DNA of 64,000 nucleotides, from the NCBI GenBank assembly GCA_951406725.2, contig OX597816.1:148738001-148802000 (forward strand), read 5' to 3'. Source of the DNA: Octopus vulgaris (Eukaryota). The notes under the pieces are model-generated. The model searched no databases. It saw nothing but the letters and a program-made list of their open reading frames with translations, and was not told where the DNA came from. The position numbers and the translations under genes were made by a program. Numbering within the stretch: position 1 is the first letter of the stretch; the number at the start of each line of letters is the position of its first letter. This document shows, one piece after another, positions 39,478-52,974 of the stretch.

Positions 39478-41130
39478 GTAACAAGATGATGGTCGTGAAC
39501 CCCCTCCATTTGATAGATCGGTACCTCCAATGCCTAGATTGGTCATCACCCGGGACGAAGTCGAACGCGTTATTCAAGGCCTCGATGTCAACAAGGATCA
39601 CGGCCCTGACGGCATACACCCACAGGTTATCAAAGCGTTGGCTCCGGTCATCTGCGAACCTTTAACACTTCTATTCAATATGTCATTGGCGACGGGTGTT
39701 ATACCTGCGAACTGGAGAACAGCGATAATCTGCCCAATTTTCAAGAAATGGAGCCGCGAAGACCCGCTCAACTTCCGACCGGTTTCCCTTACTTCAATAA
39801 GCAGCAAGATGTTCGAAACCATCCTTAAGAAAAGTATGTCGCTCCACCTCCAAAACACAGCCTCTATCTCTGATTCCCAACACGGCTTCGTGCCGAAGAG
39901 ATCATGCTTGACCAACTTACTGGTAATGGAAGAATTGGTGACGCGTATCCTAGATGATGATGATGCTGTTGACATCATTTTATTGGACTTTGCCAAAGCT
40001 TTTGACTCGGTAAACCACCGCCTATTACTTGTCAAGCTTCAAGCATATAGTTTCCATCCGGATATTGTACGATGGGTTGGTGCCTTCCTCTCAGATCGCT
40101 CCTTCCAAGTCCAAGTTAATGGTTCGCTGTCCGACGTCTCCAGTGCGAGCAGTGGCGTGCCTCAAGGTTCAGTGCTTGGGCCCTTATTGTTCTTAGTCTT
40201 CATAAATGACTTGTCCGACAACCTCACGCAACACACCCTTCTATTTTCCGATGATGTCAAACTGGTCGCTCCTCGCGGTGATATAGATGATCTTCGTCGA
40301 TGCCTCCACCAAGTTTGGAGATGGTCTAACGAATGGGACCTGTGCCTGAACGTGTCAAAGTGCTGTCATCTACCTGTTGGCTCTTCTCCTGTAACTCAAT
40401 TTGATTTCGAGCCGGGTCGTCTGCTGCTGGAGAGGACCGACCAGGTAAAGGACATGGGTATCTTGGTGGATTCTTCCTTTTTGCTTTCGGCCCAGTGCGT
40501 CCATGCTGCCAACAAAGCACGTGGAGTTCTGTTTTTGATTCGACGGTCATTCGGAATGCTCACAGCAGCCGTATTCCTACCGCTCTATGTCACGCTGGTG
40601 AGACCCATATTGGAGTACGGGATTCAAGCCTCTTCTCCTTATCTCCTCAAAGACATACATCATCTCGAAATAGTCCAGAAGCTGGCTACCCGCATGGTTC
40701 TTGGTCACAAGCATTTGTCTTATGAAGAAAGGCTGAAGACGCTCGACCTCTATTCTCTAGAAAAACGACGACACCGTGGTGATCTCATTCTTGCTCACAA
40801 CATCATAAGCGGAAAGTGTAACCTCTCGAAAGAGCTGTTCTTCACTCCTGCTCCAGAGCGTTTGCAGCGGGGTCACTCCGAAAAGCTCTAGCTGCGACGA
40901 TATCATCTCAATCGAAGGAGAGGGGCTTTCTCCGTCCGAGTTGCGGATCCGTGGAACAAGCTGCTTGACGAGATAGTGAAGATGCCGACGACCGCTCGGT
41001 TCAAAGTCCCTCTTGACCAGAAATGGCCTGAACTCTTTGCATGAACACCCTCCTTGTACATAACTCCATGTCCTCCTACATGGCTTTGCTTTTTGCTTTT
41101 TGATCCAAAAAATTAACTTAACTTAACTTA
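39478..41130 (+). mobile_element. 5'-truncated CR1-group LINE with (AACTT)n 3' tail
   Basis: RT frame, short 3' UTR and TTAACTTAACTTAACTTA tail; inserted in a TG/AG microsatellite. Confidence 0.93.
39530..40891 (+). CDS. LINE ORF2 reverse transcriptase fragment (453-aa open frame; endonuclease absent)
   Basis: GPDGIHP, NFRPVSLTS, QHGF, LDFAKAFDSV, GVPQGSVLGPLLF, LFSDD, LVRPILEYG, SYEERL..LEKRR.RGDLI; premature stop at 40889-40891. Confidence 0.85.
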   Translation: MPRLVITRDEVERVIQGLDVNKDHGPDGIHPQVIKALAPVICEPLTLLFNMSLATGVIPANWRTAIICPIFKKWSREDPLNFRPVSLTSISSKMFETILKKSMSLHLQNTASISDSQHGFVPKRSCLTNLLVMEELVTRILDDDDAVDIILLDFAKAFDSVNHRLLLVKLQAYSFHPDIVRWVGAFLSDRSFQVQVNGSLSDVSSASSGVPQGSVLGPLLFLVFINDLSDNLTQHTLLFSDDVKLVAPRGDIDDLRRCLHQVWRWSNEWDLCLNVSKCCHLPVGSSPVTQFDFEPGRLLLERTDQVKDMGILVDSSFLLSAQCVHAANKARGVLFLIRRSFGMLTAAVFLPLYVTLVRPILEYGIQASSPYLLKDIHHLEIVQKLATRMVLGHKHLSYEERLKTLDLYSLEKRRHRGDLILAHNIISGKCNLSKELFFTPAPERLQRGHSEKL

Positions 41131-41715
41131 TGTGTGCGTGTGTTCGTGCCTGTAGTTAACCGAGCGCTGAATATACAGAAACAGCTTTTATTAAACTTAA
41201 AGGTATAACTTATAGCAAATTTTCATGGAGTATTTTTTGTATACAATTATACGTGCATATGTTTTACATCGTAATGTATATACATATCTGAAGTTGAATT
41301 TTTCCAAATTTTTATGTTGTGTGAAATCGTAAATTTATAACTATCAATAAAAAATGTCTATTGATAATTTTACATTTGTAACTTGAAATATTATCTTCAC
41401 ATGTTACTTTACACACTTTATTGCTATTCTAAAATGTTATGTAATTCAAAAATAGGTGTAATTCTAATAGAACATTGTATTAGTCAGCAAGAACTCTAGG
41501 ACAGACAATATTTCTTGTTATAGAATTCGGCATTCTGATGATAAAAGTTCTACTTGACCCAACACGTGAACTTGCAACATGGATCATGACAGAAACATGG
41601 ACTTAGCGGTTCAACTCCATCGACCCTGATGGACTGAAGTAGTGTATCTGAGTGATGCGGGAAATGTGGTCCAACCCCTCATAACGGTGGTTTTCAAGAC
41701 ATAAGAATTTTGACG

Positions 41716-41762
41716 ATTAGTTAGGGTTGGGGTTAAGGATTAGGCTTACGGTTAGGGTTATG
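41716..41762. repeat. Degenerate TTAGGG-like tract inside an interspersed repeat
   Basis: TTAGTTAGGGTTGGGGTTAAGGATTAGGCTTACGGTTAGGGTTA. Confidence 0.6.
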
Positions 41763-42199
41763 AGGGATAAAAACTGACTGAAGAGAAGTGAAAAAGTTTT
41801 TTTGGATAGTTAGCAGCATCTTTAACGTTAACTACAGCGTGGACTGAATTTTATTATCTGAATTGTACCTGTTGAATAGTGATGCTTCATCTACGATAAT
41901 AATTTCAGAAAGATCATCATGGTATCCATAATTCTTTCAGTAGCATTGCTGATGATCGTTCAATAACTTTTAGGGAGTTTTGACATCTCTACTCTTAATG
42001 TCGGCAGGTAGATGATCATTATTCCCATTTGAAGTAAAATTTGGACAGAGTTGCCAAAGTTTCTCTATTAAATACAATTCATTTCTAGGTACAACGATAT
42101 GGCTTTTTTCTCTCGTCTACAATCATCCATCCGTCCATACATACACACATCCGTACATATACACATACATGCGTAAAAACAAGTTACATGATTACGAGA

Positions 42200-43210
42200 A
42201 TACCTGTAGTACACTAAAGTGCCTGATGCAGGGATTGCTGCGGTAACAGAGAGATGAAGAAAACCTAGACAGTCCAGTAGGCAGTGGAATGACTTAAATG
42301 CAAGACCCTTCTTGAGAGTATGGCACCAGGTAAGATCGAACTCAGAGTTGCAACAACAACATGATTTGACATGGTTGGCAGGAAGGAGAGGCGGAAGATA
42401 GTGCAGGAGGAGGTGTGAGCATCGGTAGAAGAGGAGCAGGTAAGCAGCGTAATGGAAACAGGATACCTGGATTAAGCTGTGGAAAATGAAGAAACGGAAG
42501 AGAATCTAGCAGGATCTAGTAGAATCCGTAGAGGATCGAGTTCTTGATTCAAGGATCCTATGATGCCCCACCCCGGCCTATCCAACCTTTTTTTTCCATA
42601 GGACATCGGGAAATCAACAGTATGCTCCTGTATTTTGAAGGAGGGACTTTTGAACACATCCCAAGCAACTTCTCTAAGGCACTCGGCAAGGAATACTGTC
42701 ACTAGAGATAGATCAGGTGTCCAATGGCATCGCTGAGGCAATCAGTAGGGGGATAGGAAACAGCAGCAATGCCTACACAACCAGAAAGATCGCCTTTGTT
42801 AAGGAGAGAGAACCTTCAAAGAAAATAGCCATGAACGCCGCCAGGGAGCTGATCTAGAGAAGCAATGAAGTTGTCCATCATATATCAAGCAGATCTTATT
42901 TTAGTTTCTGATGCAACAAGACAGCTAATCTTACTTGAATTAACTGTTCTCTAAAATGAGAGAGTGAAAGAAGCACAGGAGAAGAGAGCAAAGTACCAGG
43001 AGTTGATGAAAGTCTGTTGTAGGAATTGGAAGATGACCAGATGTTTGACACTGGAGGTAGGCTTTCAATGGTCTATAGGTCTTTTCCTGAGTGCGGCCTA
43101 TGGAACCCTGAATTTTGTAGGAATGAGTAGAAGACAAATCAAAACTAATTAGCGGCTGCTAAGAAAGCATCTAGATGGATCTGGCCGAAAAGAGGTTATC
43201 GTTGGTGAAA
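42200..43210 (+). mobile_element. Degraded HERO-like LINE 3' region with restriction-like endonuclease
   Basis: GTFEHI..KALG; DLILVSDATRQLILLELTV..EAQEKRAKYQEL..LTLEVG; AAKKASRWIWPKR. Confidence 0.75.
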
Positions 43211-43529
43211 GTAGAATGCTTTTTGTTTTGAACAACTTCGGTCGATTTATTTAGATGTTGTAACTCCAAGATAAAATACTGACGATGTGTCCGAATATTT
43301 TTTCAGTATACATGTAGAATGTAAGTATGAGCGTGTATTATTTTATTTTCATTTTGTTTGGTTTTATTGAAGAAGACTTCTTTCAAATTTCATATTCAAT
43401 TAATGTAACGAACGTAGAATTTATTTGTTCTTGTTTAAGATTCCCCACAATGACAAGGGCACTTGAAAATAAAACTTAGAAAATATTTTGAAAATATATA
43501 CCGACATACATCTACTTCTATATACATGT

Positions 43530-43624
43530 TACGCGTGTGTGCGTGTGTGCGTGTGTGTGTGTGTGTGCGTGTGTTTGTGTTTGTGTGTGTGTCTGTTTGT
43601 CTGTATATATATATATATATATAT

Positions 43625-43694
<70 letters not shown>

Positions 43695-43730
43695 GGTGAG
43701 AAAGAGAGAAAGACAGACAGACAGGCAGAC
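43530..43730. repeat. Compound (TG)/(TA)/(GATA)/(GA) microsatellite
   Basis: Directly visible. Confidence 0.95.
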
Positions 43731-44769
43731 AGAGATGAAGACAGTATATATTTGCAATCACTGCACCAGACATGTAAAAGACATATCTTCGAAAAGTTAC
43801 TACTTGCTTCAAATCCAGTGAAATTGGTGCATATTTTAAAAATATTAATGCTGTTTGCTCCATAAATCAGACTAAGTTTTATAATCTTTGAATATATTTC
43901 AAATGTTATAAAATTTAACAATTCTATGTAGAGAACTTCGTAAAAGAATACTTTACAAGTATAAACAAATTTAAAAGTAAAGTTATCGTCAACAACACTT
44001 GAAAGTTTGCCTTTCATTTGTCGTTTTGGTGTCGATAATTAGCAGTCCACGACCGTTGATTGATTGAATGTTGGAACATCGAAGGAGATGCCTGCATTCC
44101 AGTATCTATTTTAGATCAGCCACCATTCAGTTACCAACAAAAAAATAGCTACAGGATTCAGAAGCCCTAAAGCAAGTGCTCAGGTATTTTAGCTGATCAC
44201 TTTAAATGCCAGCACACCATCTGGCAGGGGGAAATACAATGGGTGTTTATTTCTCGCGGACTCAACACTACACCAGTATATGTATACAATTAATGCGTTA
44301 TAGAGAACCTACAGAACTTCTTGACATAATCAGTCTACAAAACATAGTGCTTTTGCTTATGTTTTAGTTGAAGCCTTTCTCTTCTAAGCTATATTTATGA
44401 GAGAATGTACAGTCAGTATCATAAGCTAATGAAGCAACTGTTAATTTTATATTATTTCCCTTGCTTATACTGAGGATGCTAGCCTGCTTTATGATATCTT
44501 ATAACAACGAAGCAGGCCTTGTCGTTTAGAAATGAAGTATTTTAGCACAACGCTGTGCCGGTGGCTAAATGCGATCCAATACTCTGTCAACGAGGTCAGA
44601 GCCGACTTTAATTGTACATGTCAATGTCCCTTCCTCATATCTCATACTTGCCTTGTCCATTTTGACTTAACTGGCAATTCTTATCTACTAGCCTAGAATC
44701 TAGCCTGCTGCAGAATATGATTGTAGAATATGTTGTCGAATCTTATCGATAGTTATTATTCATTGTATA

Positions 44770-45210
44770 AGGTGGCGAGCAAGTAAAATCGCTAGCACAC
44801 CGGACATAATACTTAATACCGTTTCGTCCGTCTTTACATTCTGGATTCAAATGCCACCGAGGTCAACTTTGCCTTTCATCCCTTTTCAGGTCGATGAAAT
44901 ATGTACCAGTAGAGCACTATATCTCCTCCCTCGCAAAATTCAGACCTTGTACCTATAAGTAGAAAGGACTACCCATTGGTATTTGTTTCTTCAGACAACA
45001 AGCTGGCATAATCGTTGACGCGTCAGAAAAGTGCTTAGCGACTTTCTTCCAGTTTTTTATGTTCTGAATTCAAATCCTGCCGAGGTCAACTTTGTCTTTC
45101 ATCCTTTCGGGTTTGTTCGTTAAACAAAGTACCAGTCAGGTACTGAGGTCGATGTAGTCGGCCAACCCATCCTCCGAAAATTGTTGATCATATGCCAAAA
45201 TTCGAAATAA
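44770..45210 (+). mobile_element. Two adjacent diverged SINE family A copies (about 44770-44967 and 44999-45210)
   Basis: Each has head, TTCAAAT..CCGAGGTCAACTTTG.CTTTCATCC core. Confidence 0.8.
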
Positions 45211-47722
45211 TTATCGACTGATTTTTTAAATATATATTTTGGGATACTTCCAATTTGATGTTGCATCTCATTTCTTGTATTCCGTCAGATACAGCGACTA
45301 TCGGTCTCGGCCTTTCTTTATTCATATGAAAACATCGATGATTACAATTAAATGGTGATTTCTTACAATTAGCTCAGATATATAGCAAACTAATTAGATT
45401 TTGCGAGGTTTATATCATTTTCATGCTATATTACTAGCGTAAGTGAAGGAGTCTGTTAAAATGAGGAATAGCAACCAGGTTTCAGATCCTACTTGAAATT
45501 AGCTTACTTCAGTACTTCAACACTCACAGAATGGGATCAAATGTTCGTTTGTTCTTAAGTACAAAATCACACATTTGTAAATAAGGCTGGCGAGATGTGT
45601 AACACTCATGCTTTTACTAAAGGCATTTATATCATATGTGAAGTTAATTTATTTATAGCCGAAAACCGAAACTAATTTGTGTCAAAAATATGTCCTTTTA
45701 CAATTATATGCCACAAATTCTTTTTATTTCTTTACTAAACACGGGACACAGTAACCGTGACAGTATACTAATCACCTATCCTTTAGACTATTGATATATT
45801 ATCGATTAGCCTTCTGTGACTCAACAAGAAATCGTTTGGTTCGAATATTGATTCTGTTATTTGACGCAGAGACGTCAGTGCAGTGAACTAAATTCTTTTA
45901 GTTTCATTCATTTTTATTTCTGAATTTAGACCTTGACGATCGAACTATTAGAGTCAAAATCCTTTACACAGAATTGGACATTTCATCCAGTGCTCTACTC
46001 GTTGAAACGGTAGAGCACCGGATGACAGGCATAACGTTAACTAATCCCTTCCTCTACGTTCAGAGTTCAAATCCTGTCGAGAATAATTTTGCACTCTTTC
46101 TTGAATTGACACAAGAAGTACCAAACAAGTAGATATGATTTTTTTTCTTTCAGTCTGCCCATATTCAGGCAATTTGTGGCAGCTAACGGAATTTCTTGTG
46201 AAGCCCATTTCATTTATTTATTCTTTCATAAAGAAGCTTGTTCGTTTGTAACTTGAGTAGATGTTTACTTTGAAACTTGATCACTGATTTTGTAATGTTC
46301 TCTTCGATTTTCTTTATTATTTCAGACTTATCTAGCTAGATATTAACTGCAGTTGCTCTATTGAGATGTTTGTTTTTATTCTGTTTGTTCTTAGGCGTAG
46401 GGTCGAGAGTATGATTTTTCTTTGGCTATGTAGTTCGTTGATTGTTTCTCTGAGAGTTCTGGCTTTCGTTATATTTTGATGTTTTAGTTCTTTTTCCCTG
46501 TTTCCATTTACTGTCATTTTTGTTTATTGCGAAGCGGGTTTTGCATTTTCGGCATATTTTCGTGTCCCGTATAGTGCATGTGTAGTCGTCTCCCTTGTGT
46601 TGCTTTATTTCTTTTATTGGGACTTGTTCGGTTTGTTTGTGGTGGATTCCATTGGGATACTTTTATGACAGACCCCTGTTATGAGCAACCGAATGTTTTG
46701 CTTTCAAGTATGTATTCTGTCTATAAGTTTGTCTATTCCAATTTTGAAGGAATCATGAACTTATTATGAACTTTCATACGTTCATTTGTTTCTTGCAATA
46801 CTTTTTATCAGTTCATTTAACTACATAACTCGTACGTCTATTCTATATATTTGTGTTTTAGATATTGCCTTGCTAATGTAATGTGCATTGGTCCAGTTTA
46901 TTTTTAAAGTTTGTTTTTGTTCTTAATGCTAACATTAAGAAACAGACCTTCTGTTTGGAATTAATGTTTTGAGAGAGGATAACACTTCCTAACTAAACAT
47001 TACAACGGTTGTTCCGTATTGTAAATGCAATGAGCCCACATTAAGAAATTCATCGTTGTTTTCGTAGTCCATGGAAACCTTTACGAATCACTCCTGTGCT
47101 TATCTCTGACTACTTTAGTATTAAGTAGATGAGAAACAAATCACCGACTAGATATAATGCCAGTTTATCAATAGTAAATTTTCTTGTGGATGGGACTGAA
47201 CTGAGTACTGCTTCTCGAGGTGAATTATATCCCTTAGTTTTAGCTCAGTTGTTTAACCTTTTGAGAGTTATGTGTATTAGTCATAAGAAACTATGAAGAG
47301 CCAAAATAAGGATGTCCGTTGTTCTGCCGATTGTGTCATCCATAATCTTAATATATTGATCGAGTGTCATATATCTGTCAAATGCAGCAGCTGGAATTAT
47401 TGCTCGTGAGAAATAAGAATATCTGTTCCATTAATATGGACGTTTTCAATGAATTATCATATTTATCAGAGGTAAAGACAACGTGGAAATAAATATTCAT
47501 TAACCTCAATAACTAGTATTTTCGATGTATATCTAACGTAATATCACTTTACTTACGCTGCAGATATGTTGAGAGAGTCACGGTTGTCCAAACATCTTAA
47601 TTTTCTTCATTCTTCTATAATATAGTGCATTTGTACCGAGCTAAAAGAACACATTTACTTTCATTTGCCCATTTAATTACCAAAACCTTTTCGCTGTTAT
47701 AATCTTTGTCATTCGGTTAAGT

Positions 47723-48469
47723 TAGGGGTTCTCAGCAATTTTTTATCTTCAGACCCCTTTGGTTACTATTTTAGTCTGGTGGACCCGATAGCCATTCGAT
47801 GTTTAAAAGCTAGTTTTATAGAAACTTCTTTCAAAATTCCTATTTTGTTTTTCACACATTAACTTGTGTAGTTTGAACTATGTAAAATGTTAGAGAAAAT
47901 GGGCGTAGGAGTAGCTGTGTGGTAAGTAGCTTGCTTACGAACCACACGGTTCCGGGTTCAGTCCCACTGCGTGGCACCTTGGGCAAGTGTCTTCTACTAT
48001 AGCCTCGGGCCGACCAATGCCTTGTGAGTGGATTTGGTAGACGGAAACTGAAAGAAGCCCGTCGTATATATGTATATATGTATGTGTGTGTCTTTATATG
48101 TTTGTATGCCTGTGTTTGTCCCCCCAACATCGCTTGACAACCAATGGTGGTGTGTTTACGTCCCCGTAACTTAGCGGTTCGGGAAAAGAGACCGATAGAA
48201 TAAGTACTAGGCTTACAAAGAATAAGTCCTGGGATCGATTTGCTCGACTAAAGGCGGCGCTCCAGTCAAATGACTGAAACAAGTAAAAGAGTAAAAGAGT
48301 AAAGAAATTTAGTTGTTTCTAGCAATGTATACAAATATCTAAAACAAAGTTTTTCAGAGGCGCTTAAAGTACTATTGTGGATGTCCAGTTTACTATTTTG
48401 CTTACGTGGACCCCACAAAATCTTATATGGACCCTCAGGGGCCATACGGACTCCGGTTGAGAACCAGTG
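47723..48469. mobile_element. hAT-type MITE interrupted by a SINE B
   Basis: Termini TAGGGGTTCTCAGC / GGTTGAGAACCAGTG; 8-bp flanks GGTTAAGT and TGTTAAAT (6/8 match, decayed TSD). Confidence 0.65.
47901..48303 (+). mobile_element. SINE family B, full length
   Basis: Collinear with 33573-33980. Confidence 0.92.
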
Positions 48470-49812
48470 TGTTAAATTATTGATTTTACTGTATTTGTTA
48501 CTACCAATATATAGTACTTTTTCTGCTGCTACAACTATTTCTACCATTACTACTGCTACTGCTACTACTACTACTGCCACTACAACTGCTGCTACTTCTA
48601 TTATTATTGATACTATTACCACTCCCAATTCCCAATTCCAGTTTGTGTCAACCCTTTTTCCTATTGTTTCTATTTTGTGACCATGGACTAATAGATTTTC
48701 TTCTTTGAAGTCGTCAAGTCTTGATCCTGCTGTACTCTAAAACGCCAAAGCAAGCCCCCACTCAGAGAAATAAGGGAAAGTACATGGAGTTCAACATATA
48801 AATATGAAGATGAGTAAAAATATAAATATGAATGTTCACAAGAACATACCCATAGGTGAATATGCTTAAAAGAAAAAAGGAGAAAAGAAAAGAAGAAGAA
48901 AAATTGTACAGTCAGTTTGGCTTGAGGATGACGGTCGAAGGATGTACGCACAAACACAGTGCAACGTTACTTTACAATGTATCTTGGTTACTGTTAACGA
49001 GGACATGTTAGTTCGTTTTAAAAATCAAATTAACTAACCAACTATCAGCACCAGGCGATGACAACCGGAATGACTGGCCTTTATTAATGAGAAAAAATTA
49101 TATTTTAAACCCTGAGACCTATATACACTGGTCAACAGCCTCGTCTCAAACCTGTGGCAATGGAAGTGTGTCAGTGAGCAGATAGTGCAACGAAAATTTT
49201 GATACTTGGTTTTTTCAGCATATTTTTAAATAGAGCAATACTAGTGAAGCAGAAAAGTGTATTACAATATGGTTATGTGCTGCCATTTTATTTTTGTATA
49301 AGGTGCATAATACGCAGTTTCAGTCCTGAGTGATTTTAAAACTTGATAGTAACATCGCTTGAGCAACGTTAATAATATATTGTCTAATTGCACACTCTGA
49401 AGAGAATAAAGTCTAGGTGTTTTTGTTGTTTTTTTTGTTTTGTTTTTTTTTTTGTTTTGTTTTTTAGATCATCGATTTGTCATGTCTTTTCTTTTTCTTT
49501 GTCATTGTCCTGAAATATCTCAATTCTTACAATAATAGCAGGATGACGATTTCTGGGTCACTGGACCGAGAACTTCTGAATACCTAAGAGTACATCCTAC
49601 AAGCCATATCGACTTAAATCGTCAACAATTATTCCTAAATAGTATTAAATGCCATGAGTGATTCTCTCAAGAGAAAAATATGTCTATTAAAACACTTCTT
49701 CCCACAATGAATAAGCTAAAATTCTCCCTTGTTTAGCAACTTCAGGTTTTTTCCCATTGAATTATTGTATGTAAAACAAATTGAAGTTTTAGTTCTATAT
49801 TTAAGAGATGAG

Positions 49813-50049
49813 GAATTATGTACATTATTTACATTATTTACATTCGACGGATATTTGTCCTCATCTTGTTTGTTGTTAACACAGTTTCGGCTGATATACC
49901 CTCCAGCTTTCTTCATGTGTCTTGGGTTCGAAATTTCCCCAAGACACCTGAAGAAGGCTGGTGTGTATATCAGCCAAAATGTTGTGTTAGCAAAAAACAA
50001 GATGAAGACAAATATCCGTCGAATGTAAATAATGTAAATAATATAAATT
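49813..50049. mobile_element. Foldback of inverted PLE-type terminal repeats with hammerhead remnants
   Basis: Arms TTACATTCGACGGATATTTGTC..GTGTCTTGGG / CCCAAGACAC..GACAAATATCCGTCGAATGTAA; right arm ACAC-CTGAAGA-AGGCTG..CAGCC-AAAAT-GTT-GTGT. Confidence 0.85.
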
Positions 50050-51049
50050 GAAGTTTCATTCGGTCACTTGTTGTGCTTATAACTTTCTGTGTTTTTGTTT
50101 TTGGTGTGTTTGATGACATTTTTATGTCATTTCTACCGATTCTAGTATTTGGATAGTTTTTCAATTGAATATTGTGGTCGACTCTTCGAAGATCATTTTA
50201 AAATTTATATATATATAATTGAATGTACACAGCATACAGTGTCTTCAAGCAATCTTCAGACTGTAGATTACTTGGAGACTTACAGCGCGCTATTAAAACT
50301 TGTCTAGACTACATTTCCAATGTATGAAACAATTAGTAGCTCGTGATTGTATACCATGTACATTAAATAATATTTATCCTTCAGTGGATGGAGTACGCTT
50401 TTGTTAAGCTTACTTTAACGGAGGAGTAAACTCTGTGCGTGCGTGTACGTGTTTGTATAATAATCTTAATGTGGTGTAGAAGCCTTATTAAGCAATCTCA
50501 GCCACATGGAAATTTAGGTTAAACTTAATGATATTGTTACTTTCCAGAATATCAAATATTATTCATCTCAGCACCCACTTAAATAATTTAATAAAATGAA
50601 AAGCGCAATCAGATGGTAGTTTACTGCGAATGATTTATTTCTCTTTTTAAAAATTATGATGACAGATTGGTATAGGAAATATTCGGATTTGTAACTTACG
50701 TCTAGCGATTTTCTTGAGACATTAAGGAAATGGGAAACAAATTCTGTCCGATTCCTTGGAGAGAATTTATCAGCACCAACAGCTGAGTAATATTTAATTC
50801 AATTTATTGCTACTATGATATTGGGTGTCTCAAAAGTTATGTCAGGGATGGTATTTTAAGGTTATTTTCAGTGATACTGCCTAAGTGAACGTCAGTGGAA
50901 TTACTGAAGACAGGTCGTTATTGTTTCTGTAGAATTTTCGTAATTTTCTTGCACCATTGAGACATCAAAGCTGTTTTCATCAATCAGGTGGCCTATGCAT
51001 GAAATATGTTTATTGGCAAAGGATTATAATACTTTGGGGCTGTATTTGA

Positions 51050-51560
51050 TTTTTTCAATGGCCTAGTCTTTTTCTGTAGCTCTTTGATTGTTGATGATAG
51101 TTTTCATGAAGTTCTGGAGATATCCTTTTTTCAATTGAGCTTTATTAATTATGTCGATTGTGGGCTCTGCTGCTGGTTGTATTTTAGTTGATTAATGTTT
51201 TTCTTTAATCTCTCAACTTTCCTAATGATTTTCCCAATAACCTCTTGATTTTCTTTGATTTGTTTTCTCAAAAACAATGAACTCTAAGGTGGTCTCTTTG
51301 CTCTTGAGGGTCTATTTCTATTTTTATAAAGATTTTTGTTGGAGCGTGGTTTGAACATATATTGATAACTATATCCTCAAATATCTGTCAGGTCGTTTTG
51401 ATGTCAGAGGAAGTGTGTGTGAAGAAGCATTCAACAAGCGATAGGTCATGTTTAATTGTCCCCTTGTTCAAATCCATATTGTCAAATGTGTGTGCTAGGG
51501 TGAATGTTTTTGATTTAGTTTTGCAATGTTGAGAACTAAGATTACAGAAAACCAAGTGTC
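51050..51560 (-). mobile_element. Possible degraded Penelope-like ORF N-terminal region
   Basis: A-rich minus strand translating IGKIIRKVERLKKNINQLK; similar-textured relics at ~5100-5750 (+) and ~46300-46900 (-). Confidence 0.25.
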
Positions 51561-51961
51561 GTGATCAGGGAGAAAGGGTTTTTTTCAACTGAGTTGCTAT
51601 GTATAGTTCGAGAGCGGTTGGTTAAAATTAAGTCAAAAAAATTGTTATTGTGACGAGAAAAAAACGCCCATAAAATTATTCATGATGCATCTCTACTACT
51701 GCTTTATCAGGGATTGAGATGCAATTCCCAGGTTTTAAAGTATTTAAGGAAGTTTGAAGCTGTTTATCGTTAAAATGCTTCCAGATGTTTGCATAAAGGA
51801 TTTGATATTTTAATTTAGATTTCAGTTTTATTTATGCTATATTCAAGTAATGGATTGTATATAGAACGCATCGCGTAAAAACACGTCACGTTAAGTGTGT
51901 CTGTAGACAAGCAGTCACAGACACACATACGCACAGACATATATATATATATGTATATTAT

Positions 51962-52152
<191 letters not shown>

Positions 52153-52158
52153 GACATA

Positions 52159-52932
52159 TCTATTATATAAAATATTTTCTGTCTGTCTCTGTGTGTGTCT
52201 TCTAGGATCTCGGACATCCTCCATCCGATTGCGCTCAAATTTGATATGTAGATACCGACGGTATCAGGACGTGTATAAGTCTTGAAAAAATTACAAAAAT
52301 CGATTCCAGGTGAGAATGCGATCGATAAAGCCGTGGGAACGTGCATTTGTAAAATCGTTTTTCTTGGAATAGAAAAAAGTCTATCTTTATTTCTTCTTTT
52401 GCCGGTGTCTCAAATTTAGATTAAATCAGTGTTTCTCTATGGGACAGTCGGACAAGTTATTTTGAGAAAATTTGGTTTAAATGTTTGCCAACTCAGCACC
52501 GTCCATTGGACGGGGGGCGTTTTGCTCATATATATAAACTTACTGTTAACAAAAATCGGGATGCGTGGCGTTCAGTTACTCAATAAATGAAAAATGCGTT
52601 AAATACTAAAACATGTACAAATAGCACAGACACAGAAGGGCCCTAATTCTTCATCAGTTATCGACCGAAATTCTAAAACACTACGTCTGTCCTGTGTGTA
52701 CGTTTTTTTAGTATTTAATGCATTTTTTATTTATTGAGTAACTGAACGCCACGCATCCCGACTTTTGTTAGCAATAATTTTTTATATATTTCTTGCGACT
52801 CTATCTTCTTTCTTTCTCTCTCGTCCTCATATTCCTTTTCTAGCATCCCAACTTCCTCTCTTCCTGTCTCTCGTCTTCTCACTCGTAACTGTAGACTTTC
52901 TCCCTTCCTTCTTTCCTTCCTTGTTGTCTCTG

Positions 52933-52974
<42 letters not shown>

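Noticed and set aside
41716-41762. Telomere or chromosome-fusion scar
   Set aside because: Few degenerate units in one orientation, embedded in an interspersed repeat.
52640-52670. CTGATGA on minus as hammerhead core
   Set aside because: No properly placed stem II or GAAA downstream.
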